Shown here: positions 57,393 through 64,000 of the stretch, one piece after another | Numbering within the stretch: position 1 is the first letter of the stretch | Layout of the letters: each line of letters opens with the position of its first letter | Assembly (NCBI GenBank): GCA_038134595.1 | Contig: JAYPVM010000002.1 | Coordinates: forward strand, 200,565-264,564 | Length of the DNA stretch: 64,000 nucleotides | Direction: 5' to 3' | Origin: Pseudomonadota bacterium | GTDB lineage: Bacteria > Bdellovibrionota_C > UBA2361 > OMII01 | Position numbers and translations under genes: made by a program | Notes under the pieces: generated by a model | Told to the model about the DNA's origin: nothing | The model's input: only the letters and a program-made list of their open reading frames with translations | Databases searched by the model: none

Positions 57393-58847
57393 CTAAGGTG
57401 CACTTCTGAGTACAAATGCGATTTTTTCGTCGATATGCTCCCTGATCCAGCGCTTATCCCACCATTCTTGTGGAGAAACCGGAATGCCATGGATTCTAAC
57501 TTGATAGTAGACCTCATTAGCTGTTGAAAATCCCGAACGACCAGTTGTGCCGATGACATCCCCCCGTGTTACCGTCCGCCCCTGTGTGACAGCAAAATCT
57601 GAGAGGTGGGAATAGAGAGTCGTAAGTCCGAGGCCGTGATCGATAATGATTGTGTTGCCCAATAAACCAAGCTGACCGCTATAGATTACCTTGCCTGAGT
57701 TGCTAGCTACAACGGCCGAAGGCGTCCTGACTGTAAACCTCACACCACTTTCTCGAATCTTTAGTAGTTGATCTGTCCCTACATAGACCGACCTCAGGTC
57801 GCCTGCTTGATTAGAAGGGGAGACGTTAACAGGAACCAAGAAGTACTCGTTCCATAACTTTTCCGGAATTGGATTAGCGAGTAGTGATGAGAGGAGGTTA
57901 TCATCATTACTTGAAAGCCTTGATACCAACTGTTTAAGATCAGCGGCCGCGCTGGTTGCTGAACTTGTGTGTATTGCGTTTTGCTCTGCGTATTGACGAA
58001 GGTTTCTTACGATTGCCTGCGCCTCCAAGATAGTTACTCTGGAACGTTGAGACCTCCATCTCCGGCGCCGCGTTCGGTGTGGGAATTTAGAGGTTACCGT
58101 ATTGCCTAATGAGTCTCTCGCTTGGATTAGCATCTTTGTGGATTTTGGGTTTAAAGACTGAGGTATTGGGTAGAGTGCTAGGTGGATCGACGGTCTCGAT
58201 GAAAACGCTGGTCCCCAAGCCCCTGCGGGAAAGCCTTGATAGAATGCTCCCTCAGAGCGTATTCCATGGGATTCTGGCTCCCGACCCGTGATTTTATAGA
58301 ACACAATTTCGGCTCCTCCGTGTGTCCCGTTTTGCTGGGGTGTGATCACGGAGATATGAGGTTTATGAAAATTAACTTCTAACTTCTGAGTCGCCTTGCC
58401 CCCATTGTTCCAAAGAGCTTTATCAAAGGCGACAGCTTGAATCTCAACGATTCCCTCTTTGAGTTTAGCATCTTTAGCACTGAGAGCGATGAGCGCTTTG
58501 TGATGTCGCAGGTTCGCTGTTGAGAAATCTTTTTTATACAGAATCTGAGCTTGATTTCCCTGAATTGCTCGAACAAGAACCTGGTCTAGTCCAGCCTTTG
58601 CGTCGGAAGCCTCAAGCTCGAGATGAACCACTTCGGCCCCGAGGCCTTTAGGCACGTTTCTCCAGGATAGAACCGGAGCCTCTTGTTCGAAGAAGAGAAG
58701 CGATAGAGGATCTGCATTCGTTAGCTTCTTAAAGCTAAGAAGTCCTATGGTAGCGATAGCTCCTGCCGTTAATAAGAGAACGAGCGAAAAGACGATACCG
58801 CCGCGGTTTTGCATGTATCGAGTAGTGCCTTTCGATGGTTCTATCAT
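57393..58847 (-). CDS. Membrane-anchored M23/LytM-fold protein with degenerate Zn ligands
   Basis: N-terminal TM; VVASNSGKV, GNTIIIDHGLGLTTLYSHLS, VTRGDVIGTTGRSG, PVSPQEWWD. Confidence 0.85.
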   Translation of the reverse strand: MIEPSKGTTRYMQNRGGIVFSLVLLLTAGAIATIGLLSFKKLTNADPLSLLFFEQEAPVLSWRNVPKGLGAEVVHLELEASDAKAGLDQVLVRAIQGNQAQILYKKDFSTANLRHHKALIALSAKDAKLKEGIVEIQAVAFDKALWNNGGKATQKLEVNFHKPHISVITPQQNGTHGGAEIVFYKITGREPESHGIRSEGAFYQGFPAGAWGPAFSSRPSIHLALYPIPQSLNPKSTKMLIQARDSLGNTVTSKFPHRTRRRRWRSQRSRVTILEAQAIVRNLRQYAEQNAIHTSSATSAAADLKQLVSRLSSNDDNLLSSLLANPIPEKLWNEYFLVPVNVSPSNQAGDLRSVYVGTDQLLKIRESGVRFTVRTPSAVVASNSGKVIYSGQLGLLGNTIIIDHGLGLTTLYSHLSDFAVTQGRTVTRGDVIGTTGRSGFSTANEVYYQVRIHGIPVSPQEWWDKRWIREHIDEKIAFVLRSAP

Positions 58848-58852
58848 TGTAT

Positions 58853-60367
58853 CTACTCCCGGTTGATACGCTCCTGAACAACTCCGAGAGCTTCCTCGAC
58901 ACTTATTCGTTCTTGATTGGTAGTGTCTCTGTCGCGGATGGTAACAGAATTGTCTTCAAGTGTTTGGTGGTCAACCGTGAGGCAGTAAGGAGTGCCTATC
59001 TCATCGTGCCTGGCATAACGCTTTCCGATTGACTGTTGCTCGTCGTAACTCGCATTTAGCCCGGCGGCAAAGAATTTTGAAACAATATCTCTGGCAACCT
59101 CAGGCATGCCTTGTTTTTTCAATAGGGGTAGAACGGCAACTTTGAAAGGAGCAAGGCGAGGATGGAGCTTCAGCAACACCCTTGTTTTTTCGTTCCCGTC
59201 TGCGTCTGTTCCTTGTTCCTCCGTGTATGCATCACACAAAAACGCCAGAACACCACGCGTTAATCCTGCCGCTGGTTCTATGACGAATGGCACATATCTA
59301 AATCCGGATTTACCGGTGGCTGGATCCGGCTTTTGTTGATCAAAGTAACTAAGCTTAACCCCCGATGCCTCACTATGTTTTTTTAAATCATAGTCTGTCC
59401 TTGATGCAACACCTTCGAGCTCATCCCAGCCCCATGGATAGTTGTATTCAATGTCACTACAACCATCGGCATAGTGGGCGAGCTCATCGGGCTCGTGTGG
59501 ACGAACTTTGAAGTTTTCTTTGTTGTTCGCGTACCTTTGCCACCAAGCCATTCGTTGTTCTAGCCAATACGAATGCCACTGTTGCTGTGTGCCAGGTTCA
59601 CAGAAAAACTCTAACTCCATCTGCTCGAATTCGCAGGTTCTAAATATAAATTTTTCGGTGGTGACTTCGTTTCGGAACGATTTGCCTTGCTGGGCTATAC
59701 CGAAGGGAACCTTCATTGACATTGTTTGTTGGACGTTTTGAAACTGAACAAACATCGCCTGAGCTGTTTCGGGTCGAAGATAGATAGCACTTGAGCGTAT
59801 CGCTTCGTCGAGGGTCTCCTTGATCTCTGAACGCGAAAGATCTTTTCCGTGTATACGATTTAAAAGTTCGTCCATTGGATCGACAGGCCCGATTGACGTT
59901 CGAAACATCAGGTTAAATTGCCGCTCATCAGAGAGCTCTGAGCTACCGCAGTGTGGACAAACATAGCCGCATTCACTTACTGTACCTGTAACAGCTTCGC
60001 CTCCCGATTTACCACCCTTTAACCAACTAATTTCTGTGCCGGGTTGCGATTGCGGAGCTTTGTCTGCTCTGAACCGCTCTTTGCAGTTTCGACAATCGAC
60101 GAGAGGATCGGAGAATCCGGCCAGATGCCCGCTTGCCTTCCAGACGTTCGGATGCATCATTATGGAGGCATCGATACCGATGACATCCTCACGTTCGTGA
60201 ACAACTGCTCGCCACCACTCAGCGGCTATATTTCTTTTTAGTTCGACTCCCAGCGGCCCATAATCATAGGCGCTTTTAAGTCCGCCGTATATTTCGCTAC
60301 TTTGAAAGATAAAACCCCGGCGTTTTGTCAGAGATACTATTTTAGAGAGGGTGTCAGGTGTGTTCAT
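58853..60367 (-). CDS. glyQS: Glycine-tRNA ligase, homodimeric alpha2 type
   Basis: KRRGFIFQSSEIYGG, YDYGPLG, LRPETAQ, GKSFRNE, EFEQME, ELAHY, VIEPAAG, HGTP anticodon domain. Confidence 0.97.
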   Translation of the reverse strand: MNTPDTLSKIVSLTKRRGFIFQSSEIYGGLKSAYDYGPLGVELKRNIAAEWWRAVVHEREDVIGIDASIMMHPNVWKASGHLAGFSDPLVDCRNCKERFRADKAPQSQPGTEISWLKGGKSGGEAVTGTVSECGYVCPHCGSSELSDERQFNLMFRTSIGPVDPMDELLNRIHGKDLSRSEIKETLDEAIRSSAIYLRPETAQAMFVQFQNVQQTMSMKVPFGIAQQGKSFRNEVTTEKFIFRTCEFEQMELEFFCEPGTQQQWHSYWLEQRMAWWQRYANNKENFKVRPHEPDELAHYADGCSDIEYNYPWGWDELEGVASRTDYDLKKHSEASGVKLSYFDQQKPDPATGKSGFRYVPFVIEPAAGLTRGVLAFLCDAYTEEQGTDADGNEKTRVLLKLHPRLAPFKVAVLPLLKKQGMPEVARDIVSKFFAAGLNASYDEQQSIGKRYARHDEIGTPYCLTVDHQTLEDNSVTIRDRDTTNQERISVEEALGVVQERINRE

Positions 60368-60749
60368 AATTATTATTTCAACGGTTAGATAATGTGCACG
60401 CGAGTTCAACTCTCGACAGTTACATCTTATGGAGCAGCGCAAATGTCTGTATCCCTCCAGAGAATAGGCGCTCGCAGTGCAAGCCGCGGGCGAGCTGTCT
60501 GTTGCGAGTGTCTCTCATTTGCAACCTCTTAATGGTACGTTTCGACGGTTTCCACTAAGCGATTTACCCATGATATTGGTGTTATATCACGGTTAGTATC
60601 ATTTGTGGAGTGCTGCTCTCAGGGTTGGAAGGGAAATATTGGGCGTGGGCAACGCCTACTCGATAGGCTACAATCACTACTGGTGGCAGAGGCTATCTAC
60701 GGGCTGATTTAATTTGGCTGTAATACTTAAATTTTAGGGAAGTAAGCAC

Positions 60750-62021
60750 GTGGGTAAGAAAACTGATAGGTCGAGAGTTGCAATAGTAGGAGGGGCCCGG
60801 ACACCCTTTGTCAAGGCTGGGGGGGCGTTTTCTCATCTCTCAAGTTTAGATCTCGGTCTCCATGTTGTTTCCGCGTGCGTTGAGCGGGTGGGAATCGATC
60901 CAAGGCTTATTGATGGGCTTTTTTTTGGCACTGTTTTATTGGATCCACGCTATCCGAATCTAGCGCGTGAGATAATATTGCGGTCTGGATTGCCCAAAAG
61001 TATCACGGGGCACTTTGTCAGTAACAACTGCATTACAGGTCTAGTGGCCGCGAGTGCAGCTGTTGATGCGATCAGGGCAGGGCGAATTAAGGTTGCCATT
61101 GTTGGTGGTAGCGAATCGATGTCTATGCCAACACTCACATATCCTAGAGCAGGAGAGGAGTTTTTTCTCTCACTGGCGAGGCGCAGGGATGTTATGGGCA
61201 AGGTTCGTTCGCTAAAGTCGTTTAGGCCTCGCTTCCTGATGCCCCAAGCGCCTAGCCCCAAGGAGCCGTCGACCGGATTAACCATGGGGCAGCACTGTGA
61301 GATCATGGTTCAAGAGTTCGGCATTGGTAGAAGTGCACAGGACGAGGTTGCGTTGCTTAGTCATCAACGGGCAAGCAGAGCTCAAGTTGACGGGGTTTTG
61401 GCCAGGGATATCTTTGAGGTTGGAGATGTGGTTAGTGACGGACTTATTCGTGAAGATACCTCGCTTGATAAGCTAGCAGGGCTTAAGCCTGTTTTTGACA
61501 GGAGTGGAAAAGGCAGTATTACAGCCGGTAATGCTAGTGCTCTTACCGACGGGGCCTCGGCGGTGTGTTTGGTAGAGGCGGCGTTTGCGAGTGAGAATGG
61601 CCTACCTATTCTTGGGTACATAGAAGAATTTTCGTTTGCCTCGGTTCCTCCTGGAGATGGGCTTTTGATGGCACCAGCACTAGCTGTGCCGAAACTTATG
61701 GATTCGTGTGGGATTGATTTTGGTGCGGTCGATGCCTTCGAGATACATGAGGCGTTTGCTGGACAGGTCTTGTGTAATGAGGCTGCATGGAGGGATGGTT
61801 GGAACCGTTATCCTGAGCTTGGTTCGCTTGGTTTGATTGATCCGGAGAGTCGTAATATCCACGGAGGTTCCATCGCTTTAGGGCACCCTTTTGCAGCAAC
61901 GGGCGGGCGGATGCTCTTGAATGCGTGCCAGCTCCTCTTGGATGCTTCACGTCACCGTGTGCTTATCAGTATATGCGCAGCCGGGGGCAGTGCCGGTGCG
62001 GTGACAGTCGTTAGCCCCTAA
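60750..62021 (+). CDS. 3-ketoacyl-CoA thiolase (FadI-like)
   Basis: RTPF, NNCITG (Cys), TAGNASALTDGAS, HEAFA, GGSIALGHPFAATG, ICAAGG. Confidence 0.92.
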   Translation: MGKKTDRSRVAIVGGARTPFVKAGGAFSHLSSLDLGLHVVSACVERVGIDPRLIDGLFFGTVLLDPRYPNLAREIILRSGLPKSITGHFVSNNCITGLVAASAAVDAIRAGRIKVAIVGGSESMSMPTLTYPRAGEEFFLSLARRRDVMGKVRSLKSFRPRFLMPQAPSPKEPSTGLTMGQHCEIMVQEFGIGRSAQDEVALLSHQRASRAQVDGVLARDIFEVGDVVSDGLIREDTSLDKLAGLKPVFDRSGKGSITAGNASALTDGASAVCLVEAAFASENGLPILGYIEEFSFASVPPGDGLLMAPALAVPKLMDSCGIDFGAVDAFEIHEAFAGQVLCNEAAWRDGWNRYPELGSLGLIDPESRNIHGGSIALGHPFAATGGRMLLNACQLLLDASRHRVLISICAAGGSAGAVTVVSP

Positions 62022-62217
62022 CGTACTAGGTAGATGATCGGCAGGCCATGTCAAAAGCCTACGCGTTTATTCCGGAGGAGTAGATGTCTGCTACAAATGC
62101 TTTGGTGCGAGGTTCTTTTTTTCCGTGTTAAAGGGGTGGCTCTTAGGGGGTTTGGAGCCGTGTAGGGAGTGCGCGATCTGATCCTCTCTATTTTGAAGCG
62201 AGCGTGCTGATTTGCGT

Positions 62218-62613
62218 TTAATATTTATAGTTGGTGTCACTTGCTTCTGAGTACTCACCCCGATTTCGATACGAGGCACCTTCTCTGCCACTTTGATCCC
62301 GCAGCTCTTCAATCTCTCTTCTCTGCCTGCGAAGTTCCTCTTCTTGCCTGCGTAGCCGCTCATCCTGTTGTTGTGTGCGGTTGTCTTGCCGCTCTGCTTG
62401 CGCGCCTAAGATAGCGCCCCCGAGAGCTCCGGCTGCAGCTCCGACAGCTATTCCGCCGCCGGTATGACCTGTCTCATGGCCTATGATGGCCCCAAGACCA
62501 GCGCCTAAGGCCGTACCTGTTAGTGCGCCTGTCTCAGTACTGCCAAGTGTTGGAGCGTTCTGGCTACAGCCAAACAGAGTAATAAACGTGATTAGACAGC
62601 CGAGTCTCTTCAT
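62218..62613 (-). CDS. Glycine-zipper lipoprotein
   Basis: LFG-C lipobox, GALTGTALGAGLGAIIG...GAAAGALGGAILG, charged coiled coil; GGAGGAG RBS. Confidence 0.88.
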   Translation of the reverse strand: MKRLGCLITFITLFGCSQNAPTLGSTETGALTGTALGAGLGAIIGHETGHTGGGIAVGAAAGALGGAILGAQAERQDNRTQQQDERLRRQEEELRRQRREIEELRDQSGREGASYRNRGEYSEASDTNYKY

Positions 62614-62833
62614 GGTTGCCAAACTCCTCCAATAAGCGTCGTGTACTACACCTTATTATAATCACATTTTTCACTTCTAGAAAGTGATCTAGTTTCGCGC
62701 ATGGCCTTTTTTTAGCCGGGGGCTTGCAGCCTGGGGCAGGGCCGTAACATGTTAATAATACAGTCTTGTCTGGGGTTTTCTCGGGCGATGTCTGGCTAGT
62801 CTTCTAAAAGCGCTGTTGATAAAAATAAAATTC

Positions 62834-62861
62834 TAAAGTTTTCCTCGATACAGGTCGTAGT
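62834..62861 (+). promoter_or_regulatory. Weak candidate sigma28 promoter for flagellin
   Basis: TAAAGTTT-N12-GTCGTAGT against TAAAGTTT-N11-GCCGATAA; spacing is one nt long. Confidence 0.3.
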
Positions 62862-62897
62862 GCTATGTAACCGGGCGCTGTCTATGTCTGGTTTATA

Positions 62898-62924
62898 TGC
62901 AGTTCTTGCAGTTTTTGCAGTTCT
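62898..62924 (+). repeat. Tandem 9-mer (TGCAGTTYT) x3
   Basis: TGCAGTTCT TGCAGTTTT TGCAGTTCT. Confidence 0.8.
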
Positions 62925-63061
62925 TTGTGCCAGTTGTTTTTCGAAGTATCGGTAGTTTAGTCGTTATAAAAACTTAGGGACTCTTGACCATCATCTTGGT
63001 GGTCTAAAGGAAGTCTTGAAACATTTATGAACTAATACGGTTTCTCCCTTTAACGAGGGGG

Positions 63062-63108
63062 CTTGTCAAAGGAGTGACAAGGGTATTGGTTTTATTCAAG
63101 GAGGAATA
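63062..63108 (+). promoter_or_regulatory. Two CsrA-type GGA-loop hairpins, the second containing the Shine-Dalgarno
   Basis: CTTGTCA-AAGGAG-TGACAAG (63062-81) and TATTC-AAGGAG-GAATA (63093-108). Confidence 0.7.
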
Positions 63109-63110
63109 GT

Positions 63111-63974
63111 ATGGCTATTAGTATTAACTCAAACCAAGCGTCAGCGCGAGCGCAACGGCAGTTAGGAACTACTTCAAACAATCTCGAACGGGTTTTTGAG
63201 AGATTGGCGTCGGGTTCTCGAATTAACCGTGCTAGTGATGATGCTGCGGGTCTTGCGATTGACGCATCGCTTCGTGTCGATGCTCGAGTAGCGTCAATTG
63301 CGACTCGAAACGCACAGGATGGAATTTCTGCCGTTAGTATTACTGATGGCGCTCTAAGTTCTATCACGGGCGTTCTTGGTCGACTAGCAGAGCTTGCGCA
63401 ACAGGCAGCTAACGGAGCGTATTCAGCGTTACAGCGATCTGCGCTTCAAAATGAGTTCGCTGCACTGGGTTCTGAAATTGAGCGTATTGCTGTCACGACG
63501 ACTTACAATGGCGTAAATCTTTTGTCTGGTAGCCAAACCATTTCGTTTCAAGTTGGTTTTGACGGAGCTTCTACATCTCAGATCACAATGAGTCAGGAAA
63601 ATGGAGCGACGTTGGGAGTGCTTGGATTGGCTGCCAGTGGGACGTCGGCATTAACCTACTCGCTCTCTGGTGCGACCGGTGACGCGGCACAGTCAGCGGC
63701 TCGGGAGGCACTAGTGGCAGTTACTGCGGCTGTAACATCCGTGAATTCGTTACGGGGAACGTTGGGAACCACTGAGTCGCGGTTAAATACTGCGATCAAC
63801 AACCTCTCAATTGCGCGAGAGAACATTCTCTCGGCTGCCTCTCGTATTACGGATGCTGATGTTGCCACGGAGGCTGCTGAGCTAACTCGATTGAAGATTC
63901 TGCAGCAGGCAGGTGCTTCAGTCTTGGCTCAGGCGAACCAAATACCTGAGCTGGCTGTTCAGCTCTTGCGTTAA
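63111..63974 (+). CDS. fliC: Flagellin (short, without large variable domains)
   Basis: ISINSN, ERLASGSRINRASDDAAGLAI, RNAQDGIS, SRITDADVATE, QQAGASVLAQANQ. Confidence 0.98.
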   Translation: MAISINSNQASARAQRQLGTTSNNLERVFERLASGSRINRASDDAAGLAIDASLRVDARVASIATRNAQDGISAVSITDGALSSITGVLGRLAELAQQAANGAYSALQRSALQNEFAALGSEIERIAVTTTYNGVNLLSGSQTISFQVGFDGASTSQITMSQENGATLGVLGLAASGTSALTYSLSGATGDAAQSAAREALVAVTAAVTSVNSLRGTLGTTESRLNTAINNLSIARENILSAASRITDADVATEAAELTRLKILQQAGASVLAQANQIPELAVQLLR

Positions 63975-64000
63975 TAGTAGCAGGAGAGTTGTTGGAAGGG

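Noticed and set aside
62916..62932. Minus-strand TGGCAC...TGC sigma54-like site; also GGCACG at 8230
   Set aside because: GG-to-GC spacing is off by one in the first, and the -12 GC is missing in the second.
402..63868. Many 60-170 aa ORFs nested in or antisense to confident genes
   Set aside because: Alternate-frame artefacts without recognisable motifs.

Overview
A gene-dense, mostly housekeeping window from a flagellated Gram-negative bacterium. The gene set looks deltaproteobacteria/Bdellovibrionota-like, but that is inference only. It holds about 45 CDS: a sensor kinase with a sigma54 response regulator, lexA-recA, murL-murD2, hemL, ALDH7, Leu/Phe/Val dehydrogenase-uvrB, a 2948-aa cyclic beta-1,2-glucan synthase, two ABC proteins with a large HEAT-like protein, ribBA-like/HD/ctaA, pal, an M20 peptidase, rarA, a WcaJ-like transferase, ygfA-ymdB, pyk, dprA, ampD, an M23 protein, glyQS, a thiolase and flagellin. 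There are three tRNAs (Gly-TCC, Leu-CAG, His-GTG) and a probable 6S RNA upstream of ygfA. The one clearly accessory structure is an IS91/ISCR-like rolling-circle transposase between two diverged direct copies (about 0.48 kb) of the 3' part of a bPH_2 gene; the copies differ almost only at synonymous sites and in a (TTC)5 vs (TTC)13 tract. Other notable items: a RibBA homologue with both active sites degenerate, an M23 protein without Zn ligands, an ABC protein lacking the H-loop His, a 48-aa lipoprotein missed by the ORF track, twin AAGGAG-loop (CsrA-type) hairpins in the flagellin leader, a second 6S-like rod, and two candidate nucleoid proteins. All calls come from reading motifs and base pairs by eye; no searches or folding programs were run.
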